The translations under genes and the position numbers were made by a program. From positions 372,001 to 436,000 of the forward strand of contig CBFDEM010000002.1 in NCBI GenBank assembly GCA_965603825.1: a DNA stretch of 64,000 nucleotides. The letters are read 5' to 3'. Numbering within the stretch: the first letter of the stretch is position 1; each line of letters opens with the position of its first letter. Of this stretch, positions 14,286 to 27,143 are shown in pieces. The notes beneath the pieces were generated by a model that was not told where the DNA came from, made no database searches, and was given only the letters and a program-made list of their open reading frames with translations. Origin of the DNA: Blepharisma stoltei ATCC 30299 (taxonomy: Eukaryota; Protista; Ciliophora).

Positions 14286-14597
14286 ATGGGAGTAACTCGA
14301 CGCGTTAGAATTCAAAAGTGCTTGATATGCGAATCTACTTTTAAAAGTAGAAAATTTTTAAAGCAGCATGTTTTTTCACATTTTGTGCTAAATGACTTTA
14401 AGCTTAGAACTTATAAGGACTTAAAGAAGCATGATACCACATTTTTCAGAAAACCTACAAAGAGCGTTGAAGCTGAGCTACACAAATTTGCAATTAAGAA
14501 CTCCAAGAATTTGGATGAAGCAATTTTTAACAAAGAAAATATTGATATGGATTCAATCTGTTTTGGTATTAAAAGAAGTGAAGAGAGTATTGATTAG
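14286..14597 (+). CDS. Small C2H2 zinc finger protein
   Basis: CLICESTFKSRKFLKQHVFSH; AAAAATG start context; TAG stop. Confidence 0.65.
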   Translation: MGVTRRVRIQKCLICESTFKSRKFLKQHVFSHFVLNDFKLRTYKDLKKHDTTFFRKPTKSVEAELHKFAIKNSKNLDEAIFNKENIDMDSICFGIKRSEESID

Positions 14598-14990
14598 TAT
14601 AATAAATTTTTCAAATTATAATTGAAGTTAATAATAGAGAAATCTCTCATAATTAACTGCTTATAAATCGTAAAAATTATTATTTTCCTTATTGACTCTT
14701 TGGTTTTCAATAAGATATGCACATATTTTAATTTATTTTAAAAATGAATAAGAGCCTTATATCGCTTGGAAGTATAATATTTTGCAGCTGCTCTCTCTTA
14801 TAAGTTTTTATCTATTCTTTATATCTCATAGCTTTTGTTTGAAAGCTAATATTTATTTTTGGAGGGAGATACTATTATTCCCAAAATTATCAAAGCACTA
14901 AATGATATTAGTTTAGAATGTTACAAGTTTTAATCGCAAAGTCATAAAAATAGAAAGCTAGTTATTAATGAGAATTAAACTAATCATTAT

Positions 14991-15488
14991 TTAGTTGTAA
15001 AGAGTTTGCTCAGTCACTCTTGTTAATTCACCTTGTAAATGCAAGTTTTCTTGACCTCCAAAAACAGTCAAGTAAAGCTGATATTTCAAAGTGTCACCTT
15101 CGAGCCAATATCTTCTTCTGACTTTATCGATTTTTATATTTGTATTTGTCGGAGTTCTTATAAAATTTGTACTTTCAAGCAAAATTTCAGAACCTATAGC
15201 TTGGCCACAGTCAACTTCGCACAATCCAAATGGATGAGTAAGCATTAGTTCGACTGCAAAATTGCCAGCTTCAAGGTTCCTTAGTTTCATCATCCCAATC
15301 TCTGTGTGCATTGGGCGAGTTTGATAGTCACTTCCTGCAATCCAAGTCTTTGATGAAAAATTATAAATAATGCCTTTTGGTGTTCCAAATGGGGTAATTG
15401 AAATTTCCTCACCATAGTTGACATTGATAGGAGGAAGTACATATCCTGAGCCAGACCATTTGCCAATAAATCTCAAAAACTCTCCCAT
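14991..15488 (-). CDS. Nitrobindin/THAP4-like (DUF1794, FABP-like beta barrel) protein
   Basis: FIGKWSGSG, YGEEI, RPMHTEIG, HPFGLCEV, VRRRY and HLQGEL motifs; ATG at 15486-15488. Confidence 0.82.
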   Translation of the reverse strand: MGEFLRFIGKWSGSGYVLPPINVNYGEEISITPFGTPKGIIYNFSSKTWIAGSDYQTRPMHTEIGMMKLRNLEAGNFAVELMLTHPFGLCEVDCGQAIGSEILLESTNFIRTPTNTNIKIDKVRRRYWLEGDTLKYQLYLTVFGGQENLHLQGELTRVTEQTLYN

Positions 15489-15987
15489 ATTTAGCTTGAA
15501 AGTGCAAAAAATCAAAATTTATATGATATATTATGACTTGATCTTAAAGAACTTATAATGCTTATGAATTAGCATCATATCTCTTGGATAATTAATTATA
15601 ATCATTTCTCAAAATAATATATTTTAGTTTGGAAAAACAAAAAAAATAACTTGGGATTTTGAGAAAGCACAAATCATTTAACGTTTTAGCAAAGTTTACT
15701 CAATATAACGATACAGATGCATGTGCGTAGTTAGAGGGTCATCTATGCTGAATAATTTGTGATTATTTTTAAAAAAATTCACCTAAAAATGATTATAAAT
15801 TTTTAAATTGATAATCTTAGTAAAAAAGTTAAGAAAATGGCTAATTTATTATTGTGATTGATCAATCAGCCTTGATGATTTCAACCCAATCTCAAATAAA
15901 ATAAAGGCTCTATATCATTTAGATTGTGCTTAAGTAGATCTGTATTAATCATGTATTTTTAATAGCCACTGGAGATGATCCTATAAA

Positions 15988-16812
15988 ATGGAACCAATCG
16001 ATGATTTTAATAGCGCAAACTCCCTAATCGACTATTTTACCTTTCTTCGTACTCCAAGAAAATCTGGACGACGACCGAGCTACGATACTTGGGTACTCAG
16101 CCTCTTTAACCGTGGAAAGAAAAGCTTGCACCCGAAAAAAGAATATTTAAGATGTCAGCTCATCAGAGGCCACAAAAGAATCAATAGAAACATAATGAAA
16201 CTTAAATTCCCCAAAAAAACTTTAAATAAACTCAATGAGCTAAACGATGCATCAGTGGCTGCATTTGATTTACTTAAAAAATGCTTTGAGAAACACAGAG
16301 AAGAATTATCAAAGATAAGTAGAACAGAGGAAGGCCCAGAAACTGACGGTAAAGCAAAAAGATATGAAATCAAGCAAAAGTCAAATAGAAGTTTTAATCA
16401 TTTATTCTGCAAAACGTATTTTGAGAAATTTTCAGTACGGGAATCATACCATTATTACGTCAGTTACTTATTCTCAGACTTTAATTTAGATTCCCTTTGT
16501 AAAAAATTCGGATTTCGGTGCTGCTTAATGGAATCAGAACATACACCATACTGCTACCAAAAATGGGGAATTCTTCACAATTACGCAGCATATGAAATGC
16601 TGAAGGAAATAGAAATCCAGCCTTTTGTAGACCCTCAAAGTATTATTATGACCAGAGCTGGAAACTGTACAGAAGAGCTTGCTCAGATTATGGGGTTCAT
16701 GAACTTTTTTAAAAATGATTTTCCTCAAGAAATTAAAAATCAAATAGACGAATTTGTAAATTCCAACGAAAGAAATAGTAGCCCAGAGTTTGCTAGTTTT
16801 GCTAACAAGTAG
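15988..16812 (+). CDS. Hypothetical basic Cys/His-containing protein
   Basis: 274-aa ORF with AAAATG start and TAG stop; no family recognised with certainty. Confidence 0.75.
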   Translation: MEPIDDFNSANSLIDYFTFLRTPRKSGRRPSYDTWVLSLFNRGKKSLHPKKEYLRCQLIRGHKRINRNIMKLKFPKKTLNKLNELNDASVAAFDLLKKCFEKHREELSKISRTEEGPETDGKAKRYEIKQKSNRSFNHLFCKTYFEKFSVRESYHYYVSYLFSDFNLDSLCKKFGFRCCLMESEHTPYCYQKWGILHNYAAYEMLKEIEIQPFVDPQSIIMTRAGNCTEELAQIMGFMNFFKNDFPQEIKNQIDEFVNSNERNSSPEFASFANK

Positions 16813-17040
16813 CTATAGATAAGTAAATATTGTTTATTTTATTTCTTCTAATGGATTGATTAATTTTATAATAAATCAATATTATTTTATTAGAGTTTTT
16901 GAAAAGATTTCCGTTTAAAAAATTTCGATGAAGCGTTTGATTAATAAATTGGACGACTGATTGTATTAAACTCCTTTAGCTTTGAGTGCATATGGATTTT
17001 ATCAATCAGAAAAATAATTATCCATTTAAAAAATTTTTAA

Positions 17041-18471
17041 TTAATACTTATCAACTTCTTGTGTGAAAGCCAAGCATGTAAAAATAGCTGACTCCAAATG
17101 GGCTCTGCTTTCATTGTATGCATCCTCGAGCTTGTCAAACCCAGAACGATATCCTAAGACTAATAAATCTCTATAAGCACTATGCAATATAGATTCACTA
17201 GCTTCTTCAGAATAACTAAAGTTAGCCATATTTTCTTGTCCAGAAAGTGCTAATTCGAGGTTGACTCTTTCACAATTAAGTCAGTTTTGAAATAATGAGC
17301 TATCATTTCGTCCGAGAGAATTTTCATCTACGATATTTAAAAACTCTTGACTTCTAAAAGCCATATCAAAATCAACTGGAGCCAAAATATGCTCAGATCC
17401 AGATGGCAATATAATGAAGTTATTAGGATGGGAATTGCAATGAGGCTCAAAAGGATTGTGGTCTATAAAGTAACCTCATGATATATCATGATCTTCCAAT
17501 ATTCTTTTAATCTGCCCTGCTTCTCTTCCAATTTTCCAGAAAATTTTTGCAAGATCTCTAGCTATGCATTTTGCGTTAACTATTCTTCCATTCCCTAAAT
17601 CAAGATCAAAGTTTTCAAAAATTTCAAAATCAGGGTCTTTGACTAGGATATTTAATAATGCAGAATTATCTTTATAAACCCCTTGAGAAGTCCATATGTG
17701 CAAATCTTCATGAAATAAAGGTCCAGTGTTTTTTATTTGTTTTTGAGTGCTTTCAATTTTATTTCCAATTTTACGAGAATTTGGAAATATAAAGCTTAAC
17801 TTTTCATGATCACAATATATTTCGATCTCATTTAATAATTTATCAGCACCTCCCAATAAGTGAGTAGCTAATCTTCGATCCCCGAAAGTTTGGAAGATTC
17901 CACAAAATTTTTTAATTTGGCTTAAATTGTCATTCTGATATTCTCAAAGCCCATATGGTAAATTCCCAGTTTTAAATCCATAGTTTGATAATACTTCATT
18001 TATGTGTCAAGTCATGAATTGTTCTCTGGGACCTGTGTTTTCAAAGCAGCAACCTCTTATTTCTTTACCCTCTGGTGGATATGGCATAGGTTCTACGTTA
18101 AATCCATAATTAAGATTTCCACAGCCTTTTAATCTGATGAGTTGATTTTCATGATTAAAAATTGCGGATCTTTTTCCTGAAAGAAATAGCTGAATTCCGT
18201 CCTCATCTTTTGTCCAAGGACCAAATGGCGATTGCTCTTCTTCAGAAATCAGAACTAAATCATGGCAGGGTAAAGCAGGCAAATATATATTTTGATATTC
18301 TTGCCCAAGGTCGTTCAATGGCTTTAATCGACTAAGAGCTTTTTCAGATGAAAGCTGAGAGAAATCTTGATGGAATTTTTCAGCAGAAAAACTATAATAC
18401 TTAGCATTTTTTGGTTTGGCATTACCAATTGCGACTCTAATTATTAAGTCAAATTGATTCGTTTCTGTCAT
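17041..18471 (-). CDS. Atypical kinase-fold protein (SelO/YdiU-like motif order), ~476 aa
   Basis: Three track ORFs share one frame and are joined by TGA=Trp; motifs SGKRS, IRLKGCG, PRE, HCNSHPNNF and APVDFD. Confidence 0.7.
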
Positions 18472-18522
18472 TTTTATAACTGATAATTACTATTATAATT
18501 TTTAAACAATTACAAATATTTT

Positions 18523-19203
18523 CTAAATAATTTTTCTAGATGTAGCATGCCTAGGCTCATAAAATTCTTGATTTCTTGAAGTAGAAAATGCTGATCTACA
18601 TCTTTGAGTCAATACTTTACTACCTTTTTCTTGAACAGGCCTTTTTTTAATTGAATAGCAGCTACGTAGAGAGCCTGGTTTATTATTAGCATTGCTAGGA
18701 GGTGTAGGAACGCCATCCAATAAAGCTAAACTTTGAAGCATTGAATAGCAATACTGTCTATATGCAGGCAACGGATTTCCTTCTAAAAATAATGACTGTA
18801 GTTTCGCATTTAAACTTAAAGGTCTAATAGACGCAAAAACATCATTCAATTGATTGTGCGACACATCTAAATATTTCAGCTCTTTCATCCCTTCTAATCC
18901 TTCGATTCCCCTTAAAAAATTTCCTCTCAATAGCAGTGTATGCACTTTAATACAGCTTCGAAGTCCAAAAGTACTCGCTAAGCAGTTATGTGACATATCG
19001 ATAATTTCCAATTGGCTCAAATATCCCCAACCCTCAATCTGTCTTATCAAGTTATAAGAAAAATCAACTTCTCTTAAATTCACCATCAAATGGATCCCCC
19101 AGGTTGACGCTATTAAGTTATTTGATGCGTTTAAATAAGCTGCGTCTTCATCTTCTAGCTCTAATTCTTTTAAATTTTGCCTCGAAAAATTTAAAATTGA
19201 CAT
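18523..19203 (-). CDS. SDS22-like leucine-rich repeat protein
   Basis: LxxLxLxxNxI repeats with an LRR-cap (LEGNPLPAYRQY...LALLDG). Confidence 0.85.
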   Translation of the reverse strand: MSILNFSRQNLKELELEDEDAAYLNASNNLIASTWGIHLMVNLREVDFSYNLIRQIEGWGYLSQLEIIDMSHNCLASTFGLRSCIKVHTLLLRGNFLRGIEGLEGMKELKYLDVSHNQLNDVFASIRPLSLNAKLQSLFLEGNPLPAYRQYCYSMLQSLALLDGVPTPPSNANNKPGSLRSCYSIKKRPVQEKGSKVLTQRCRSAFSTSRNQEFYEPRHATSRKII

Positions 19204-19218
19204 TAATTAGCTTATAAA

Positions 19219-20883
19219 ATGGAAAACAACGAAGACACAACTCCTAATATAAGGCATATGTATAATTTTACACATGAGAAAGCAGGAATGCAAGGACTTG
19301 ATCGAGAGCAGATTGATAAAATAATTTATGAGACCTCAAAAAACTCAGAACATTATAAGCATGAACAGCAAAAAACTGAACAGATTTTGAAGAAAACACA
19401 TCAAATGAAAATTGAAATAGAGAAATATAAAGAAATGGGACATGAGTTTTTAGCTAGAGCAGAAGCTAATGTAAATCATTTGGTGGAAAGTATTGAAAAA
19501 AGCAGGGTTATGACTGAAACTTGGCTTCATATTGATATGGATATGTTTTATGCATCGGTTGAAATTAGAGATAACCCTGAACTAGCTGACAAGCCGATTG
19601 CAGTTGGAGGACTTTCTATGATTTCTACAGCTAATTATATAGCTAGAAGGTTTGGGGTGCGCAGCGCTATGCCTGGATTCATCGGGCAAAAATTGTGCCC
19701 AGACCTGATTTTTGTTAAGCACAATTTTGGCAAATATCAAACTGAAGGACAAAAAATCAGAGAAATTTTTAAAGATTACGACCCTGAATTTGAAAGCATG
19801 GGATTAGATGAAGCCTATTTATGAATAACTCCTATTCTTGATGCTAGAGGCATTAATAATGATGAAGGCCGCCAAGTAATAGCATCTGAAATAAGGGCAA
19901 AAATTTATGAAAAAACTCAACTAACTGCGTCAGCTGGTATTGCCTGTAATAAAATGCTAGCGAAAATCGCAAGTGACGCCAATAAGCCTAACGGGCAATT
20001 TTATCTCCCCCCAGATAGAGACACAATAATAAACTATCTCCAGAACCAAAACATCAGAAAAATCCCCGGCATTGGTAAAGTCCAAGAAAAGATACTCAAT
20101 GAATTGGGCGTAAAAACTTGCGCTGACATTTTAAGACTAAAGCTGGAGCTGAGTTTTGTTTATAATGAATCTTTAAATTTCTTTATTAGAGCAGCACTTG
20201 GAATAGGATCAGTGCACCATTCAGATGTATACGAAGACCAAAAAAGTATAAGTATTTCCAGGACTTTTAAAGCCACTAATGATATGTCGTTTATTGATTC
20301 AAAATTAAGGGATTTTTGTGAATCAATTTCAGAAGAATTAATTGAAAAAGATGCAGAATGTAAAACAGTTTCTGTGTTTGTGAAAACATATAAGTTTGAA
20401 AATACAAATAAATCTGAGACTTCAAAAAGGTTTATTCACAAAATAGATGACATTTATAATATTGCTGCAAGACTTCTCGCAACAATAAAACCATTTGAGC
20501 CGATCCGGTTGCTTGGACTCCGGGCTTCTAATTTAGAATTCAGCCGAAGCAAACGAAAATCCATTGACAGCTACTGAAAAATCCAAGAATTTACCGCCCC
20601 AGAAATCTCCCCAGTCTCCACAAGTGAAAAGGAAGAGCCAAAAACGGACGAATCAAAAGAAGAATTTAAAGAAATAATGAAAGGAATTAAATTAATCCGC
20701 CAACAATGCCCTAAATGCCAAGAATGGTTCACCATGAGTGAATACCGCATGGAAATCCACATAGGCGAATGCTCTCCAGAGAATTTCTCATTAAAGCGAA
20801 AAATCCCAGTCCAGCAGACAACAAAGAAAAAACTGAAAACAAACAATGGTGTAACTCTTGATAAATTTTTTAGTAAGACTTAG
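19219..20883 (+). CDS. POLK: DNA polymerase kappa (Y family, DinB)
   Basis: KAGMQGLD, HIDMDMFYASVE, STANYIARRFGVRSAMPGF, GLDEAY and IRLLGLR motifs; C-terminal UBZ-like finger and PIP-like TLDKFF; joined through two TGA. Confidence 0.94.
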
Positions 20884-20894
20884 TTAATAAATTC

Positions 20895-21233
20895 TTACTT
20901 GGCCTTTTTTTGCTGTTGCATTTTCTTCTTGATGACCTTGACTTCTTCTGTAAGAAAAGCTCGAATAATTCTATCTTTGACGGTTTTATGGGACAATACT
21001 CCACCGTAGGCTCTGGAGACTGTTCTGTCTTTTTTGTTGATTCTTGAGTATTCTTTAGGTCTTAAGGCTGGGATACCTGCTAAGCGCTCTCCTGTTTCTT
21101 TGCAGTGTGGGCCTTTAGCGATTTTTTTAACGTAGTGAACAAGAAGACGGCCACCTGGTGTTTTGACTTGTCTGATCTTGTGGGACTTAGTGTGATATGG
21201 GCATCTTTTCCTAAGAATCACTCGTTTGACCAT
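20895..21233 (-). CDS. RPL34: 60S ribosomal protein L34 (eL34)
   Basis: VKTPGGRL, RTVSRAYGG and RIIRAFLTEE motifs. Confidence 0.97.
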   Translation of the reverse strand: MVKRVILRKRCPYHTKSHKIRQVKTPGGRLLVHYVKKIAKGPHCKETGERLAGIPALRPKEYSRINKKDRTVSRAYGGVLSHKTVKDRIIRAFLTEEVKVIKKKMQQQKKAK

Positions 21234-21674
21234 TTTATTAAGAAGATTATGTGATACAAGTATAGCTTTATTTCTTCAATTAATTTAAACATATATGAAG
21301 ATAAATATAAGCATTTTATATGCTTTTCGCCAAAAGTTTATAGATGCTAGTTAATAAGTTTATATTCAGTGCCTTTATACCGTGAATTATTTTAATTTTC
21401 AATCATGACTCATTCAAATACTTTTATACGTTCATGATTGCAATAGTCTCTTTAATATCTTTCAAAAATATAAAATAAAGTCAGCAAAATACCATTTTCT
21501 GCACATATTTCAATTCTCCACAATATAAAAGTTCTATTCAAATATCACCAATCTTTAAAAAATCTAAATTATATGCATTTCATTTTTCAATTGACCCTTC
21601 TAAAACCATCTGCACTTAATTAGTCCTAATAAGTAGCCCTTATTATTGGATTCATAATTTTTTGATAAACAGTT

Positions 21675-24600
21675 ATGGCACAACTCCTCGAAACTTGGTT
21701 GAACAGTGAAGTTGAACTTTCGAAAAAAGTAACCAACTTCGAAGAAGATTTTTCAAATGGCTACCTTCTCGGTGAGCTCCTCTACAAGTTCAATCAGCAG
21801 CCTGATTTTGATTGCTTTAAAGACAGGCACACACGAAACTATGTATTAAGCAATTTCACTCATATGATAGATGTCTTCAAGTCTCTTGGGGTGAAATTCG
21901 ACACCAACATCATCAATGGCATCATCAAAAAAGAAAACGGGGCAGCCATCAAGCTACTCTATCAGCTGAAGATGGCCTTAGAAAAGACCTCCCCTCCAAC
22001 AGATGTAACTTTACTAAAAAAAGGAAAACTAAACGAACAGCCTCCAGTCAAGAGTATAAGACCAGAACGTCCTCAATTTGACGAGATGGAAAAGAAAAAC
22101 ACAGTGACAAGGCTTCAAAAAATGAATAGAGCTCAAAAAGAAGTCGATCTCGATAAAAAGATGGATAGATTCGCTCAATTTCAAATAAAAAGCGAAAAAA
22201 GAGCCCAGCAAGATAAAATCAATGAAGCTGCAAGAGAAATAAAATTAAAGGACGAAAAAAGAAAAGCTTTGATCAATAAATTACAAAGAAATGCAGGGTT
22301 TATGGAGGACTGGGAGCAAAAAGGGGTTCAAGATTGGAATTATAACATGGAAATCAAGAAAAACAGAGAGAACATGGAGTTGACATATAAATTAAAGCAG
22401 TTTCAGCATGCTAAAGACGTTGCAGATACAATGTATACCAAAGAAGTTAACGAAGAAATTAATGGGATCAACGAATTTGAAGCAAAAACTATGAAGGAGC
22501 ATGGGATTTCAACGAAGCCTTATAAGGCAACACAAACGATGGCCCAAACTGTGTCCTATTTTAGGGGCTCAACGCCAGCTACAATAACAACACAAGAAAG
22601 AGATATTAAACGCAGGACGATGGCAGCCAGGCTAAACCAGCTTGAAGTATCAGAGGAAGTTAATTACCGTCAAGACTTAGCTTTAAAAAAGCTAGACATT
22701 CTTTCTAATATAGAAGAAGATATAGCTAATGAAATATGAAAAGTTACTCATTATACAGAGCTTATGGTTGCTCATAGGAAACTAAGAGAAACCAGATATG
22801 AAAGAAGACGTGAATACGACTCAGAAATTGCCCAGCTAAAAGAAAGAAAGATGCTAGAGAGATGAATTGATAATATGTGGATTGAAGTAGAGCTAGAAGA
22901 AGCCAGAGCTCATCGGCTAGAGATTGATTTACAAGTTGAGCAGAGAAATGAGAAAGGAAAAGACATGGAAAACATGATTGAGCTGCTGCTTGGGATAACA
23001 GAAGAAGTCTATGCGTTCCAGCAAAATAAAAACTCAGAAGAACTTGACAAAAGATACTGGAATGAATGGGTTCATCTATTTAAAGATGGCTCAAATGTAA
23101 TTGTTGGAAACAATGAAGCACTCAATATAAGAGAGCTTGATGATTATATTCTAGGAAAAGGACAATGGAATTATAACATCTCAGTTTTTAATTATAAATT
23201 TTCTGATGCTTTATTGAAACTGATTGACTGGAAATTTGACTCAGAGGTTGACAATAAAGGCAGCCTTTTGCCATGCCCTCCAATCAAACTAGCTATGATA
23301 GGGTATCCTTATAGTGGGAAAAGCACTCATGCAGGCCGACTAAGAACAAGATATAATATAGACATCATAGAAGTAAAAGACATAATTGCAAAAGCCAGTA
23401 TTGATATTTTGCTTGAAGGCAAGACCTTAAGGGATGAAGACATTGTGAATTTAATTGTTGAAAAAATCATGATCTCTAATGAAGCTGGATGGATTTTAGT
23501 AGATTTTCCAACAAATTCAAGTCAGGCAAAGCTATTAGAAGAAGCTTTAACTAACTTTAAAGATCCTATTGAAAAAGAAAAATCCCAAAAAGAAATAAAT
23601 ATTGAAAAAGTTTTAAAAATTGCTCCATTGGAATGCAAGCCTCCAGAAAATAAAGATTTGTATAAATCAGGACTGGACTATTTGATATGGCTTTGGGCTG
23701 ATAAAAGAGAGTGCTTAAGACGGTCATTTGGTAGGAGAATTGACCCTAAGACCAATCTTCTTTATCATATTGAAGATGATGTCCCTACATTAAACGAATC
23801 TCCATTAGTAGAAAACTTACAGCCTGATGATAAAATAAACGAGCATAGAGGTGCGATTGTAGACCGAATGATTGCATTAGATAGGCATACACATGAATTG
23901 ACAGAGTGGCTTTGGCAATTTGGGAAAGACCAAAAATCGATTTTAGTAAACATTGATACGAATAAGCCAATAATGGAAAGCGGCGTAGAAATTGAAGAGC
24001 TTGTCGAAGAACTTATTCAAAAAAGGAGAGAATTAGATGAAAAGTTACAAAGAGAAGAAGAGGAAAGGAAGAAACAAGAAGATGCAGTGGCACTTGAAGC
24101 ACAGGAAGCCTTAGATAGAAAAAGGGAAAGTGCAGAAATGCTTAAAGAAGACCAAAGGGAGACTGCTCTATTTGAAGAGCCTTATCAAGATAAAACTTTC
24201 CCGGTTGTCCAAGAAAAGCCTGATGGCCTATGGGAATTTTGGGAAGTAATGCAAGACATTTATGTAGCAGCCCTGCTACAAGTTTTTGAACTTGAAAGGT
24301 ATCAGCGAACGGACTCCACTCAGCATTTAAAGCAAATTCAAGAAGAATTTCTCGAATTTTTATATAGACCTTGTGAAAAGCAAGATTTACTAAACAAATT
24401 CCAAATGGACTTCAATCAGTTTTCAGATGAAAATCCGGATATGAGAGAAGACCAAGCCACAATAGCTGAGCTCCATCAAAGAACTGAAGATTTATGCAAC
24501 CAAATCTGGGACATCATTGAAAAGAGACAACTGGAAGCTGAAGAAGAACTGAAAGACATAAAAAATTGTGGCTGGCTTGAAGGTCAGTCTGATTTAATTA

Positions 24601-25610
24601 TGAGACAAGTCCAAGCAATTCTTCAATCTGAATACCAGCGATATGGAGCTTCCATACAAGTTTTGACTGATTATTACGCAACTCTAGAAAAAAGAAAACT
24701 GCCGAAATGTGAAATTCCTCAGATTGATTTGGTATTGGAAGGGCTAAATCCAAGTGAAACTATTGATAAATTATGTGATAGAATTGCACAAACTCCACCA
24801 TATGTGCCAGCTGCTGAAGAGGAAAAAGAGGTTAAAGATCCAAAGGCGAAAAAACCAGCACCTAAAGGGAAGAAGGAAGAAGAAAAGATCGAAAAAACTG
24901 AAATCCAGCTGGAAATGGAAGCAACGATTAAGAAAGAGCATGAAATTTTGCTATATAGAGTTGATCGAGCCAAAAATTGGGGTAAATCAAGGATAAAAGA
25001 ATTAGAACAGGAAACGACCAAAATTTACCAAAGAATGGAAAAATGGATATATTCCGCTATTTTAGCAGAAAACAAAGCAGTAGACGAAATTTCTAACATA
25101 ATCAGAAATTCTATAGAAAAACAGATAAAAATCCAGCCGCTTTTAGAGTTAAAGACTCTAGATGCAATAATCCACGAAAATATAATAACCTTTGAAACAG
25201 TCCCTCCTCCGATTATACCTCCAAAAGAGCCAATTTCTCCCACAAAAATTTCAATGCCCCAGCTTCGATCTATAGTTGAAGAATTTTTACAGTATCCTTT
25301 ACTTATTAACGTAAATGTATTGGCAAATATAATTTTCAGAAGGAAGAAGCTAAGTGCTTTACTAGACAACGTGGACAGTCTTCCTGAAAAGTGGAGATTA
25401 AGGTCGTATGGAGAAATAATCGGATTAGTTAATACTTATGATAATGAACAAAGAGGGTTCTTAAAGTGGACTTCATTTTTATCATATTTAATGCAAGAAG
25501 CACAAAATTCTCAAATAGAAGAAATAAGCCAATTAATCAAACAGAAAGCAAGCAATGATATTTTGGAAGCATGGGAAAAAGAACTGACATCAAAAAAACA
25601 ATTATCATAA
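21675..25610 (+). CDS. SPEF2: Sperm flagellar protein 2-like (CH domain + adenylate kinase-like domain), ciliary central apparatus
   Basis: N-terminal FEEDFSNGYLLGELL CH domain, P-loop GYPYSGKST, GWILVDFP and DMREDQATIAELHQR; both track ORFs in one frame via TGA. Confidence 0.85.
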
Positions 25611-25985
25611 ATAGTCATAATATTTTATTTTAAAATAAAAAATAAAATTTTTATAATGTTTATTATAAAACCGATATTATTTTTTAACTTGTTAAGCTAG
25701 AATGCAAAATTCCAAGTAAAACACAAAATTATTAATTTTATTCAGTGTAAATGGATAAGAAATCTTCGATTTTCTCAATAATTTATATAGCAGTTTAAAA
25801 TTTTTATAACATTTAGATTTTATAATTCTTAAATAAGCATTTCATAATATCATCTTTACATAAAGAAGGAAATCTTATTCTAAGTTTTCTGCAATGCGGA
25901 GTAATTTTTTAAATTTCCCTTTTTTATCAGTATGTATGAATATGACAGAAAAAAATGAAAAATTTTACTTACAATAATTTAAAAA

Positions 25986-26432
25986 ATGGAAGAAGATATC
26001 AAATATACCTGCTATTACTCCTGGTGTAGTCGTCAATTCAAGAACAAGTACAATTTAAAACGTCATATAAATACAAGACATCTATTTTTAAGATCTTTTA
26101 CTTGCAATATCTGCCATAAACAGCTTGTTAGCAAGCAAAATCTTATTGAGCATAGGTTTATTCATTCAGGAGAAAGGCCTTACGTTTGTAAAGTCCCTGG
26201 ATGTGGCAAGAAATACAGGCAGCTGTCTCAGTTGTCTTTGCATAGACGAATTCATAATCAGCTGCCTTTTACTATAGAAAATGGATGCATACAGCTAGAG
26301 CCTATAGATTTTAACGTAAGCCAAGAGAAAAATCACTTTTCTTGTGGAGAAAACTGAATGTTTGAGCTGCCCTACATTTCAGAAGAAAGAAAAAATGAAC
26401 AAAATAACGCTCAGCTTAGTTTCTGTTGTTAA
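25986..26432 (+). CDS. C2H2 zinc finger protein (3 fingers)
   Basis: Three fingers with an HSGERPY linker; reads through TGA 26355-26357 to TAA 26430-26432. Confidence 0.88.
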
Positions 26433-27143
26433 AAGAAGAGAAAAAATCAATTTTAATATATATAAAACAATTTATCTGTTTAAAAATTTTGTTTAAATTA
26501 GTCCAGCTTAACTATAAAAAGTGGTAAGTGCTTATTTTCACTGATTAACAGAACAGATTGCATATTTAAAAAAAGGGCAGCATTTATTGCATATATTAAA
26601 AATCTAAGTAAAAAATTATTTATGTCATTATAATAAAGAGATATTTTATTTCTTTAATCATAAAGCTTGAAGTTCTGCAGGAAAAGGCGTGAAAAAAACG
26701 AAAAGACAAATTTTTTTTTAATTTAATAAAAATGAAGATTTACATAAAAGCGCTTTAAGAGTTTTAAAAAACCCTAAAAATCTATCTTTCTAAATAAATT
26801 CAGCATGTCATCTACATTTTTTCAATAAGTCTATTTCCATTTTCCATTTTACACAAAGTCGTTACAGCATGCTTTAAAAAGGGATTTGGATCTTTAAATT
26901 TTACAAAGAACCAAGTACACCACATGAATATAAAGAAAAATCTTGCATTTATAGAAATTAGCTTTAAAAGTTATTTATTTCTTTTTACAAAAAAAACTGA
27001 TACACTTTTTCCCCAGTTTTCAATTTTGCTTGCTTTATGTTTTTTAGCTTCAAACTAATCAGAAATATATTTTTAGGCATCATCCTTCTTTTGTTTTTCT
27101 AAGTCTTGATATTTTTTCTGGATCTACTAAGTTGATATAGCTT

